DNA of 60,666 nucleotides. Origin: Candidatus Dorea gallistercoris (GTDB lineage: Bacteria; Bacillota; Clostridia; Lachnospirales; Lachnospiraceae). The DNA lies in contig DXGF01000023.1 of assembly GCA_019114065.1 (NCBI GenBank), positions 1-60,666 of the forward strand, in the 5' to 3' direction. A program made the translations under genes and the position numbers. Below are positions 19,649 to 29,024 of this stretch, in pieces. The notes beneath the pieces were generated by a model. The model worked only from the letters and a program-made list of their open reading frames with translations. It did no database searches and was not told the DNA's origin. How positions within the stretch are numbered: position 1 is the stretch's first letter; each line of letters starts with the position of its first letter.

Positions 19649-20605
19649 TTACATCGCCATCAGGGCCACCAAACAGAGCAGGGCCGTGATAATGGAAAAT
19701 ACCGCCACTACCCTGGTCTCCGACCATCCACACAATTCGAAATGATGGTGAATCGGCGCCATCTTGAAAATCCGTTTTCCTCCCGTCTTCTTAAAATACG
19801 TCACCTGGATCATGACAGAGAGGACTTCCACCAGATAGATCAGACCCACGATCAGGATAAAGATGGGCATCTGGAGCATATAGGCCGTGGACGCCACGAA
19901 CCCTCCCAGCGCCAGAGATCCGGTGTCTCCCATAAACACGCTGGCAGGATATACATTAAATAGGAGAAAACCAAGAAGCGCTCCTACCACCGCGCAGGTG
20001 ACAGGTTCGATACCGCTTCCGGTCCCGATCGCCACCACTGTAAAAAAAGTAGCCACCAGCACCGTCACACTGGATGCCAGTCCATCCAGTCCATCGGTGA
20101 AATTCACTCCATTTACTGTTCCGATCACCGCGAAAAACAGAAGGGGGATGGCAAGCCAGCCGATATCCAGGTATTTTCCTCCGGTAAAGGGGATCAGCAT
20201 AGCCAGCGAGACGTCAGTAAACCGGATCATATAGAAGGCGAATATAGCTGTCACCACGATCTGCAGGGCCATTTTCTGTTTCGGATACAACCCGTCGGAA
20301 CGTTTCATCACCACCTTCAAGTAATCGTCCAGAAATCCGATCAATCCGAACCCCAGAGTCACAAACAGGATCGGGATGATCTTCGGATAATCTCTGATAT
20401 AGATCAGGGATGTGATCACCACACTCAGAAGGATGATCACGCCGCCCATAGTAGGAGTGCCGGCCTTCTTCAAATGGGATTTCACGCCGTCCTCCCTCTC
20501 TGTCTGCCCCATCTTCAGCTTTCTCAAGATAGGAATGATCACAGGCCCCATGATCACACTCAGAGCAAACGCGATCAGCACCGGGATAAATACCGTATAA
20601 TCCAT
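19649..20605 (-). CDS. mraY: phospho-MurNAc-pentapeptide translocase
   Basis: KAGTPTMGG, DD, NFTDGLDGL, FMGDTGS, APIHHHFE. Confidence 0.98.
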   Translation of the reverse strand: MDYTVFIPVLIAFALSVIMGPVIIPILRKLKMGQTEREDGVKSHLKKAGTPTMGGVIILLSVVITSLIYIRDYPKIIPILFVTLGFGLIGFLDDYLKVVMKRSDGLYPKQKMALQIVVTAIFAFYMIRFTDVSLAMLIPFTGGKYLDIGWLAIPLLFFAVIGTVNGVNFTDGLDGLASSVTVLVATFFTVVAIGTGSGIEPVTCAVVGALLGFLLFNVYPASVFMGDTGSLALGGFVASTAYMLQMPIFILIVGLIYLVEVLSVMIQVTYFKKTGGKRIFKMAPIHHHFELCGWSETRVVAVFSIITALLCLVALMAM

Positions 20606-20689
20606 AATACACCTCTTACTTCTTTTGTCTCTCTTCCTGAAAGAATGCTGTCTGTCATAGTTTCAATCTTACATAGTATACTGTATTTT

Positions 20690-22411
20690 CTACTCTTTTT
20701 CAATGCCAAGATAGGGGAATATGTTCTGGAAGATGTCCCCCATCACCGGCGCCGCGATCGTCCCGCCGTAATAGATCCCCTGAGGATCGTAAATGACGCA
20801 CATCCCCAGGATCTGGGGATCATCCGCCGGAGCAAACCCGATGAAAGAAGAAATATATTTGTTGGCGCTTCTTGGGAGCGTCTGGGAAGTGGCAGTCTTT
20901 CCTCCAATGTGATACCCCTCGATATAGGCGTTTTTCCCGGATCCCTGTTCTACCACCCCTTCTAAAAGCGTCTGCATCGTCCTGGACGTCTCATCCGAGA
21001 CGATACGTTCCGTATCTTTGTACTCGAATTCTTTCAGTTCTTCCCCGTCCTCATCCAGAACACGCACTCCAAAATGAGGTGTCACCCGGACTCCTCCATT
21101 GACCAGAGAACTGACAGTGGCGGCGAGCTGGATCGGCGTCACCTGGAAAGACTGTCCAAAACTCATGGTGGCAAGTTCCACCTGCCCTACATTTTCCGGC
21201 TTATGCATGATGGTGGCCGCCTCTCCCGGCAGGTCTACTCCCGTCAGTCCCATCAGCCCGAACTGCCTGAAATATTTATAGAAGTTCTCGGTTCCAAGCC
21301 GCAGGCCAATATCAATAAAGACCGGATTACAGGAATTCTGTATCCCTTCCACAAAGGTCTCCGCTCCATGTCCCCCCACTTTGTGGCAGCGTATCTTCCG
21401 ATCTTCCACGATCCGATAGCCGGGGCAGGTAAAGGTGTCTTCCAGATCCACCACCCCTTCCTCCAGACAGGCGGAGGCCGTGATGATCTTAAAGGTGGAT
21501 CCGGGCTCGTAGGTATCATTGATGCAGCCGTTTCTCCACATTTGATTTAAGGCATCCTGAAGTTCTTCGTCTGTCATTCCCTCAGATGAGCCTGTATTCA
21601 GTTCAAACGGCTCATTCAGGTCAAACTCCGGCACATTGACCATGGCAAGGATCTCCCCGTTCCTGGGATCCATCAGAAGGATTGCCACTTTATCCGCCTG
21701 CTTTTCTTCCATGACCTTCTCCGCCATCTGCTGGGCATACATCTGGATATTGTAGTCCATGCTGATCTGCAGGGTATGGCCCGGGACCGGTTCGATCCGG
21801 TCCTCCGCCACCCCCTCCAGTTCGATTCCCCTGGCATCGGTGGTGGTCAGGATCGTGCCGTTCTCTCCTTTTAAGTATTCTTCGTACTTCACCTCTAGCC
21901 CGATGATCCCCTGATTATCGCCGCCGGTAAATCCCAGTACCTTGGAGGCCAACTCTCCATAGGGGTAATAACGCTTAAAATCTTCATCCACCTTCACCCC
22001 GTCCAGCTCCAGATTGCGGATCTTATCTCCCGTCTCTTTGTCCACATTGGTCTTGATCCGCTCCATAGAGGAGACCTTCTCTACCTTCTCCCGGACTTCC
22101 TCCCTTGGAAGCTCCAGCTGTTCCGAGAGAATCTGGATGACCTGTTCCGGGTCCTTGATCTGACTGTGGATCACAGAGATGGTACATACGGTCCGGTTAG
22201 TGGCCAGGACCGTTCCGTTCACGTCGATGATCTCTCCCCGCGCCGCTTTGATCTCCCGCTCTCTTTCGTGGAGCGCTTCCGCTTTTTCCTGATAATAATC
22301 CGCCTCGAACACCATCAGGTAGATCAGTCTTCCCGCCAGCGCCGTGACGATCCCAGCCGCGCACAGGAACACCACCAGAAGCTTCTTCCTGTTGTAGGTC
22401 TTATTCTTCAT
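20690..22411 (-). CDS. class B penicillin-binding protein, SpoVD-like
   Basis: RGEIID, EPGSTFK (SxxK), SCN, KTA(T); has its own sigmaE-like promoter. Confidence 0.88.
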   Translation of the reverse strand: MKNKTYNRKKLLVVFLCAAGIVTALAGRLIYLMVFEADYYQEKAEALHEREREIKAARGEIIDVNGTVLATNRTVCTISVIHSQIKDPEQVIQILSEQLELPREEVREKVEKVSSMERIKTNVDKETGDKIRNLELDGVKVDEDFKRYYPYGELASKVLGFTGGDNQGIIGLEVKYEEYLKGENGTILTTTDARGIELEGVAEDRIEPVPGHTLQISMDYNIQMYAQQMAEKVMEEKQADKVAILLMDPRNGEILAMVNVPEFDLNEPFELNTGSSEGMTDEELQDALNQMWRNGCINDTYEPGSTFKIITASACLEEGVVDLEDTFTCPGYRIVEDRKIRCHKVGGHGAETFVEGIQNSCNPVFIDIGLRLGTENFYKYFRQFGLMGLTGVDLPGEAATIMHKPENVGQVELATMSFGQSFQVTPIQLAATVSSLVNGGVRVTPHFGVRVLDEDGEELKEFEYKDTERIVSDETSRTMQTLLEGVVEQGSGKNAYIEGYHIGGKTATSQTLPRSANKYISSFIGFAPADDPQILGMCVIYDPQGIYYGGTIAAPVMGDIFQNIFPYLGIEKE

Positions 22412-22438
22412 AAAAAACCTCGCAAAAGCCCTTTCTAT

Positions 22439-22467
22439 AGCTTATTAGAGCTTTTACGAGGTTATTC
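22439..22467 (-). promoter_or_regulatory. sigmaE-type promoter of the spoVD-like gene
   Basis: gaATA-16 nt-aATAagcT on the minus strand. Confidence 0.55.
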
Positions 22468-22482
22468 TGACAAATGTTCCCT

Positions 22483-24315
22483 TTATTCCTCTGCCACCTT
22501 TTCCACTCCCAGATAGGGCAGGATCTCTTCCATGATATCTGCCGCCATAGTGGTGGCGAATTTGCTGTCCGACTGGACTGCGGCATTTGGTTCGTCGATG
22601 ACCACGTAGATCATCACCTGCGGATCCTCCTGAGGCGCGTATCCGATAAAGGATACCAGATAATTCCCTCTGCCTCTGGGGTGTTTTTCCGCGGTCCCTG
22701 TTTTCCCACCGATGTCATAACCTTCCACAGCTGCGGTGGAACCAGTCCCTTCTTCTACTACGCTGTACATATAGTCTTTGATGATCTGGCTGGTCTCTTC
22801 TGAGACAGTCCGGCCGATCAGGACAGACTCTTTATTTTCGGTCACATTTCCATTTTCATCCTGGATCTGCTTTACCACATGGGGCTGGTAATATTCTCCT
22901 CCGTTGATCAAAGAGCAGAAGCCTGCGGCCATCTGCGTCATCGTCACATCGAAATTCTGACCAAAGGCGTTGGTAGCCAGACTGGTCGGATCCATGTTTT
23001 CCGCCGTGTACAGCACGCCTTCCTGTTCTCCCGGAAGGTCGATGCCGGTCTGTTTCCCGAAGCCGAATAATTCCTGATACCGGGTAAATTCCTCTACCCC
23101 CAGATCTGCCCCAATCTCCATCAGAGCCACGTTGCAGGAATTCTCCAATGCCTGACGCAGTGTCTGGGTTCCGTGACCGTCTCTGTTGTTACAGTGGATG
23201 TCATAGTCTCCCACATGCAGCATCCCGCCGCAGTAGTAGGTCTCATCTCCCGTCAAATTTCCCAGTTCCAGCCCTGCCGACACCGTAAATGGCTTGAACG
23301 TGGAACCAGGTTCATATACTTCATTGACGCAGAAATTATTCCAGAGGGTGGTCAGGGTCTCTACCTTCTCTTCGTCTGTCATGGCCTCGATCGCTTCTTC
23401 TGAATAATATTTCGTCAGATCTCTGGGATTATTCAGATCATAATTAGGGTAAGATGCTTCTGCCAGGATCTCTCCATTCTGAGGGTTCATTACGATCACG
23501 CCCGTATTGGCGCTTCCCTCCCCGGTCCGGGCTTCATTTTTGTGGGCCTCGTTAAATGCCAGGATATGCTCTTCCACAACGCTCTGAATCTGCAGATCGA
23601 TGGTAGACACTACCGTACTGCCGCTTTCCGGCTCTTTCACTGTACGTTCCAGGGATACGCTCTCGTCCTGATATCCATATTCCCTGCCGTCTGTCCCGTT
23701 CAGAACAGAGTTATAGGAGGCTTCGATCCCGTTGTTTCCCACGTTTCCATCCGCGGTAAATCCGATCACGTCACAGGCCAGGGTCTCATAGGGATAGGTC
23801 CTGATATAGTCCTCTTCCAGCCAGATTCCCTTCACATCCGGATAGTTTTCGTCATCTTCGTCGATGGCCTCAAACGCCTGGGCTGTGTTGTAATCTATGC
23901 TTTTTTTCAGGATCTCATACCGACTGGAAGGCTTCTCCTCTATCAGGCCGCGCACGGTTTCTTCTCCGATCCCGAAACACTCTTCCAGAACCTGGATCGT
24001 CGGCTCTATGGCGTCTTCATCTTCCAGCATCGCCCTCACATCCAAGATCACATTGTAGACCCGCTCGCTGGTGGCCAGCTTTGTCCCGTTGCGGTCCACG
24101 ATATCCCCTCGCTTAAAGGGGATGACCCTGCTGTCGTACTGCTGCTGATCCAGGACTACTTTGGTATATTCATCTCCCCTGGAAGCGTTGATATAAGTGA
24201 CTCTTCCCACTAAAACCGCAAAAGCCAGTACGACAACCACGAAGACGCCTACCAGCTTTCTCTGCATTAATTTATCCATTTTCCGCCGCAGCGGATTTCG
24301 TTTCTTTCTTGCCAT
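22483..24315 (-). CDS. class B penicillin-binding protein, FtsI-like
   Basis: RGDIVDRNG, EPGSTFK, SCN, KTGT; follows ftsL. Confidence 0.9.
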   Translation of the reverse strand: MARKKRNPLRRKMDKLMQRKLVGVFVVVVLAFAVLVGRVTYINASRGDEYTKVVLDQQQYDSRVIPFKRGDIVDRNGTKLATSERVYNVILDVRAMLEDEDAIEPTIQVLEECFGIGEETVRGLIEEKPSSRYEILKKSIDYNTAQAFEAIDEDDENYPDVKGIWLEEDYIRTYPYETLACDVIGFTADGNVGNNGIEASYNSVLNGTDGREYGYQDESVSLERTVKEPESGSTVVSTIDLQIQSVVEEHILAFNEAHKNEARTGEGSANTGVIVMNPQNGEILAEASYPNYDLNNPRDLTKYYSEEAIEAMTDEEKVETLTTLWNNFCVNEVYEPGSTFKPFTVSAGLELGNLTGDETYYCGGMLHVGDYDIHCNNRDGHGTQTLRQALENSCNVALMEIGADLGVEEFTRYQELFGFGKQTGIDLPGEQEGVLYTAENMDPTSLATNAFGQNFDVTMTQMAAGFCSLINGGEYYQPHVVKQIQDENGNVTENKESVLIGRTVSEETSQIIKDYMYSVVEEGTGSTAAVEGYDIGGKTGTAEKHPRGRGNYLVSFIGYAPQEDPQVMIYVVIDEPNAAVQSDSKFATTMAADIMEEILPYLGVEKVAEE

Positions 24316-24326
24316 GGTCCCACCTG

Positions 24327-24848
24327 TCAGTTATTTTTGTCGGAACGGGCCAGCACACCGTCTTCCGGAATATTCTCGTACTGCTTGACATAATCCGCGG
24401 AGGGGCTTTCATATTCTACCACCTGATCCGGCGAAGCATAGACCATGCCCAGCTCTTCCTGGGCCGTCTTCTTGACCGCCTCCACATCCACGGCATCCAT
24501 GACCGCGTTGTATCGCGTATCATTCTCTTCCCGGAGGGCTGCCAGCTCTTCCTGCATCGCCGTCACTGTTTTCGAGCCGTCTGTAATCCTGGCCTGGAGC
24601 CTGACATAGCCCACGCAGACCACCAGTGTCAGCATCGCCGCCACAGTCAGGAACACTACGTATCCCGCGCTCATTCTAAGGGCTTTCCTGCGATTCTTCC
24701 GTACCTGGCTGCTGACTTTTCTCTGTGATGTTTTTCTCTCCCGCCGTTCCGGTTCCCGAACCGGTTTTGGCGCGGCATTTCCGTATACATATGCCTGTCC
24801 CTGTGTTCGGACAGAATGATATCTCCCTGCCGCTGTTCTTGCCGCCAT
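24327..24848 (-). CDS. ftsL: FtsL-like cell division protein
   Basis: One TM, coiled coil, A..ELGMV motif; lies between rsmH and a PBP. Confidence 0.78.
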   Translation of the reverse strand: MAARTAAGRYHSVRTQGQAYVYGNAAPKPVREPERRERKTSQRKVSSQVRKNRRKALRMSAGYVVFLTVAAMLTLVVCVGYVRLQARITDGSKTVTAMQEELAALREENDTRYNAVMDAVDVEAVKKTAQEELGMVYASPDQVVEYESPSADYVKQYENIPEDGVLARSDKNN

Positions 24849-24872
24849 GTACGTCACCCCTTTTTTGTCCGG

Positions 24873-25808
24873 CTACCGCCGTTCAAAAATCCTGAGCTTG
24901 GCGCTCTTGGAACGACTGTTTGCCTCCATTTCTTCTCTGCCTGGCAGAATTGGTTTCTTGGTTATAATGCTCCCCTTTGAGACTTTCCCACATACACATA
25001 CAGGAAAATCACTGGGACAGGTGCAGGGATTTTCATTTTTCCGAAAAGCCGCTTTCACGATCCTGTCCTCTAACGAATGGAAGGTAATGATGCACAGCCT
25101 TCCACCTGGATGTAACAGTTCGATCATATCGTCCAGAGAATCCCTCAATACATCCAGCTCCTGGTTCAGCTCGATGCGGATCGCCTGGAACGTCCGTTTG
25201 GCGGGATGCCCAGACATCTTCTGAAATTTCATGGGAATGGACTGGCGTATGATCTCCACTAACTGGCCTGTGGTCTCCACAGGCTCCTGCTCTCTCGCCT
25301 CCACAATATGTTTGGCGATATTTTTGGCAAACTTGTCCTCTCCGTAATCCCGAATCATATGATAGAGTTCCTGTTCGCCGTAGCCATTGACGATGTCCCT
25401 GGCCGTCAGTTTCTGACGAGTATCCATCCGCATATCCAAAGGAGCATCTTCGCGATAGGAGAATCCCCGCTCTGCCGTATCTAACTGATATGAGGATACG
25501 CCCAGATCGAGCACGATCCCATCGACCTTGTCAATGCCTAGTTCTTGGAGCCGCGACTTCATATCACGATAGTTGCTCCGTACGATCGTGACTTTCTCCC
25601 CGAAGTCTTTCAGTCGGATGCCCGCGGCCTCGATGGCCGCCCCATCCTGGTCTATTCCTACAATACTCCCCTTAGGGCCCAGTCTCCTGCAGATCTCGTA
25701 AGCATGTCCACCGCCTCCCAGCGTTCCGTCCACATAGATCCCGTCAGGTTTTACCTTCAGCCCGTTTACAGTTTCTTCAAGTAATACTGATGTGTGTCCG
25801 AATCCCAT
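24873..25808 (-). CDS. rsmH: 16S rRNA m4C1402 methyltransferase
   Basis: [36 protein letters not shown]. Confidence 0.98.
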   Translation of the reverse strand: MGFGHTSVLLEETVNGLKVKPDGIYVDGTLGGGGHAYEICRRLGPKGSIVGIDQDGAAIEAAGIRLKDFGEKVTIVRSNYRDMKSRLQELGIDKVDGIVLDLGVSSYQLDTAERGFSYREDAPLDMRMDTRQKLTARDIVNGYGEQELYHMIRDYGEDKFAKNIAKHIVEAREQEPVETTGQLVEIIRQSIPMKFQKMSGHPAKRTFQAIRIELNQELDVLRDSLDDMIELLHPGGRLCIITFHSLEDRIVKAAFRKNENPCTCPSDFPVCVCGKVSKGSIITKKPILPGREEMEANSRSKSAKLRIFERR

Positions 25809-25819
25809 ATCTTCTCCCT

Positions 25820-26260
25820 CTAGATACTGAATCCGCTCTCTTCCATATCGGATGCGATGTCCTCAATGTTGAGTTCCACTTCAGCATTCTTCTCATCCCA
25901 TCTTGCTTTGTCCCAGATCTCGGCACGCTTCCCCATACCGATGAAGACTACTTCCTTTTCCAGTTTCGCGTAGTCCCTTAAGACCGATGGGATCAAGGTT
26001 CTCCCTTGCTTGTCCAGGTCTCCGTCCGCCGCGCTCCCCTGAAAGAAATACGCGAAGGCCCGGGCCTTTTTGTCTGTGGTAGTCGGCAGGGCGTTCAGTT
26101 TCTCTTCGAAGGCGTTCCATTCATCTTCCGGATATACATACAGACAATGCTCCATTCCCTTAGTAATGACGAAATTCTCCCCTAGATCGTCACGAAACTT
26201 CGCGGGAATGATCAGTCTGCCCTTAGGGTCAATATTATGACTGTACTCTCCTTTCAACAT
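25820..26260 (-). CDS. mraZ: transcriptional regulator MraZ
   Basis: Two DxKGR/DxQGR repeats; first gene of the dcw cluster. Confidence 0.97.
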   Translation of the reverse strand: MLKGEYSHNIDPKGRLIIPAKFRDDLGENFVITKGMEHCLYVYPEDEWNAFEEKLNALPTTTDKKARAFAYFFQGSAADGDLDKQGRTLIPSVLRDYAKLEKEVVFIGMGKRAEIWDKARWDEKNAEVELNIEDIASDMEESGFSI

Positions 26261-26288
26261 GAAACTCACCCTCTTTCGAAGCAGCCTG

Positions 26289-26370
26289 CCACTTGATCGC
26301 CACTTCGTTCCACTTTTCACCACTTTCTACCACTTGACCTCATTGTAAACCATATTTTTTCCGATTTCAA
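26289..26370 (-). promoter_or_regulatory. dcw promoter with five MraZ-binding boxes
   Basis: AAGTGG (plus-strand CCACTT) at 26289, 26300, 26310, 26320 and 26330, downstream of TTGAAA-17-TACAAT. Confidence 0.85.
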
Positions 26371-26376
26371 CCCCTT

Positions 26377-26439
26377 TTTTCAATTTGGGCCGTGGTATTT
26401 TTAAAAATACCACGGCCCAAATTGAAAATACCCTGTCCC
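26377..26439. repeat. REP-like palindromic element, copy 2
   Basis: 52-bp perfect palindrome at 26377-26428 followed by TACCCTGTCCC. Confidence 0.85.
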
Positions 26440-26445
26440 AAATTA

Positions 26446-26481
26446 AAAAAAGACAAGAACCTGTCTGGCTCTTGTCCTTTT
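26446..26481 (-). terminator. intrinsic terminator
   Basis: GACAAGA/TCTTGTC stem with a T-run on the minus strand. Confidence 0.6.
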
Positions 26482-26502
26482 CATCCTTATGATCCTTCTT
26501 CT

Positions 26503-26781
26503 CTATTCTCCCGCCTCCGCGGCAGCAGCCGCCTCTTCTTCCTGCACGGCAGTCAGACGGTTCTGCAGTTCATTGACCGCCGTATAGTCGATCTGTACTT
26601 CTTCTCTGGGCCTGCTGTTCTCATAAGTGCCGTAAGCGGAATAACCGATCCATCCAATCAAGACCAGGCCCACCACGCCCACGATACACTTGCGGAGCGC
26701 ATTGGCCGCCTTCTCCTTCTTCATGATCTGTTTCCGGTTGGCTTTTTCCTTTTTATATCTGTCTACTTTTTCCTGACTCAT
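26503..26781 (-). CDS. small single-TM hypothetical protein
   Basis: AGGAGG RBS, basic N-terminus (MSQEKVDRYKKEKANRK), one TM. Confidence 0.8.
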   Translation of the reverse strand: MSQEKVDRYKKEKANRKQIMKKEKAANALRKCIVGVVGLVLIGWIGYSAYGTYENSRPREEVQIDYTAVNELQNRLTAVQEEEAAAAAEAGE

Positions 26782-26837
26782 GATAAAACTTTTCCTCCTA
26801 TCGCTCCAATAGGGTTATTCTATCACAGTTTCCCTGA

Positions 26838-27677
26838 TTATACAACCACGATCACGCCCCCATCGGATGCGTACATACTGCTGATCCCCGCTGTGTCCAG
26901 GATGATGATATCCTTAAATGTTGCCCGCTTCTTCAGCATCTCGGCCACGTCTTCCGCTCGTTTCTGGCAGTTGCAGTGAGAGATGGCCAGGATCTTCTCT
27001 GTCGGGTCCTTCAAGTTCTTGATGACCTCGTCCACCATCTTGCTCAACGCCTTCTTGACCCCTCTGGCCTGTCCCAGCTGGCAGATGGTACCCTCAGGTG
27101 TGGATCCCATGACCGGCTTGATATTTAAAGCTGAGGCCACAATGGCTTTTAATCCGGTCAATCTCCCGTTCTTCCGCAGAGTCTCTAAAGTCTCCAGGAC
27201 AAAATAGGTGTTCTGCTCCCGGATATAGGCTTCCACTGTATCAATGGTATCCTGAAAGCTCATCCCGCTTTCCTCACACTCTGCCGCTTTCCTTGCGATC
27301 AAAGTCTCTCCCACAGAAGCGGAGCGGGAATTAAATACATAGATATCCTTTTCTCCATATTCCTCACGATATAATTTCTTTCCAAGCAAAGCGCTGTTGT
27401 AAGACCCACTCAGTTCCGCGGAAAGGGTCACCGCATAGACATGCTCTTCCTCGCAGCGGAACGCTTCCATATAGCGTTCCGGCGAAGGACAAGAGGATTT
27501 GGGACATTCCGGAGACTCCGCCACCAGCTTCAAGAATTTCTCCTGGTCAAAGGTATCATCGTCAATGATATGGCAGCCATTGACATCAATCTCCAGAGAA
27601 GCCGTCTCAAAACGACCGGACTCCTTCATGTCTTTCGTCAGTTCCCCACAGCTATCCACAATAATTTTATAACTCAT
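26838..27677 (-). CDS. DegV family fatty-acid-binding protein
   Basis: IIVDS, SSCPS, LSAELSGSY, LRKNGR, LNIKP. Confidence 0.94.
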   Translation of the reverse strand: MSYKIIVDSCGELTKDMKESGRFETASLEIDVNGCHIIDDDTFDQEKFLKLVAESPECPKSSCPSPERYMEAFRCEEEHVYAVTLSAELSGSYNSALLGKKLYREEYGEKDIYVFNSRSASVGETLIARKAAECEESGMSFQDTIDTVEAYIREQNTYFVLETLETLRKNGRLTGLKAIVASALNIKPVMGSTPEGTICQLGQARGVKKALSKMVDEVIKNLKDPTEKILAISHCNCQKRAEDVAEMLKKRATFKDIIILDTAGISSMYASDGGVIVVV

Positions 27678-27804
27678 AGTGATCCTCCCAGCGTACAGGT
27701 CCTTACTTTTTTGCCTATCATTCATTTCTATCATACATAGTATTAAATACCACATACAACATCATAACACAGAAATGCTGGAAAGAAAAGGCATTTATTC
27801 CGAT

Positions 27805-28968
27805 TTATTCGCTAAATTTGATCGTCCTTGACACTCCCAGAACAATCCCCATCTCCGCCATCAGAAACAAGATCGATGTGCCCCCGTAACTGATGAAAGG
27901 AAGGGTGACTCCCGTGTTTGGGAGCATGTTTGTGACCACCGCCACATTTAAAAAGACCTGCAGGGCGATATGGGCAAAAATCCCTGTCACCACCAAAGAC
28001 CCATAGAGATCCGGCGCGTTCTGGGCGATCACCAAAATCCGGTACAGCAGCATTCCGAAAAGCACCAGGACCACGATCACGCCAAACACTCCAAGTTCCT
28101 CGCAGATCACCGTGAGGATCATGTCATTCTGCACTTCCGGGATCACCATTTTCTGGGCGCTGTTGCCCAGACCTTTTCCAAAAAAGCCGCCGGAACCGAT
28201 GGCGTACAGCCCCTGCAGCGTCTGGTAGCCCAGACCGTCCGCATACTGTTCCGGATTCAGCCACACCGCGATCCTCCGAAACCGGAAATTGTCGCTGGCC
28301 GCAAGCTGATTCCCCATCGTCAGCACCAGGGTCACGAAAGCCGCAAAGCCCGCGGCAAAGATGGCCGCGAACAATTTCGTCCTGGGATGGGCCACAAAGA
28401 TCATTCCGCAGCCGATCCCCAGTACAATGAGTGCCGTACTTAAGTTTTCCGTCAACAGCAGAACTCCGGCGGCTGCTATCCCGCCCCAGGCCAGTGCTTT
28501 CGCCGCTCCCCTCAAAGTCCGGAACTCTTTCCCCATCCTGCAGATCACCACGGGAATAAACAAGATCACCGCGATCTTCGTAAACTCTGACGGCTGAAAC
28601 TGCTGCCCCAGAGGAAGCTGGATCCATCTCCTGGCCCCGTTGACTTCTTTCCCCAGAGGGGTCTGCACCAGCGCCATCAGCACCAGAGAGACTATATAGA
28701 ACAATTTAGCCCTGCGGATGTACCAGTGGTAATTGATCCTGGACACTACATAAATAACAGCAAAACCCATGACACAGAATATGATCTGTCTCTTAAAATA
28801 GTACATACTGTCATTGTAGGTGATCAGCGCGCTGTAGGCGCTGGTGCTGTAAAGCATCACCAGTCCAAAACAAACAAGAAAGACCAGCACCGCCACAAGA
28901 CTATAGTCATAGTACCGGATCGGGACTGGTCCTTTACTCTCTTTTTTCTTTCTGCGCGTCCCTGCCAT
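27805..28968 (-). CDS. SEDS glycosyltransferase (FtsW/RodA)
   Basis: FQPSEFTK, GSGGFFGKG, PEVQNDMI, GVTLPFISYGGTS. Confidence 0.93.
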   Translation of the reverse strand: MAGTRRKKKESKGPVPIRYYDYSLVAVLVFLVCFGLVMLYSTSAYSALITYNDSMYYFKRQIIFCVMGFAVIYVVSRINYHWYIRRAKLFYIVSLVLMALVQTPLGKEVNGARRWIQLPLGQQFQPSEFTKIAVILFIPVVICRMGKEFRTLRGAAKALAWGGIAAAGVLLLTENLSTALIVLGIGCGMIFVAHPRTKLFAAIFAAGFAAFVTLVLTMGNQLAASDNFRFRRIAVWLNPEQYADGLGYQTLQGLYAIGSGGFFGKGLGNSAQKMVIPEVQNDMILTVICEELGVFGVIVVLVLFGMLLYRILVIAQNAPDLYGSLVVTGIFAHIALQVFLNVAVVTNMLPNTGVTLPFISYGGTSILFLMAEMGIVLGVSRTIKFSE

Positions 28969-29024
28969 AATATCTACACTCCAATCGTCTTCATTATACT
29001 CAGTTACGCACAGAAAAACAACCG

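Noticed and set aside
26289-26439. Possible CRISPR or iteron array
   Set aside because: The repeats are 6-nt MraZ boxes and a palindrome; there are no unique spacers, cas genes or rep gene.
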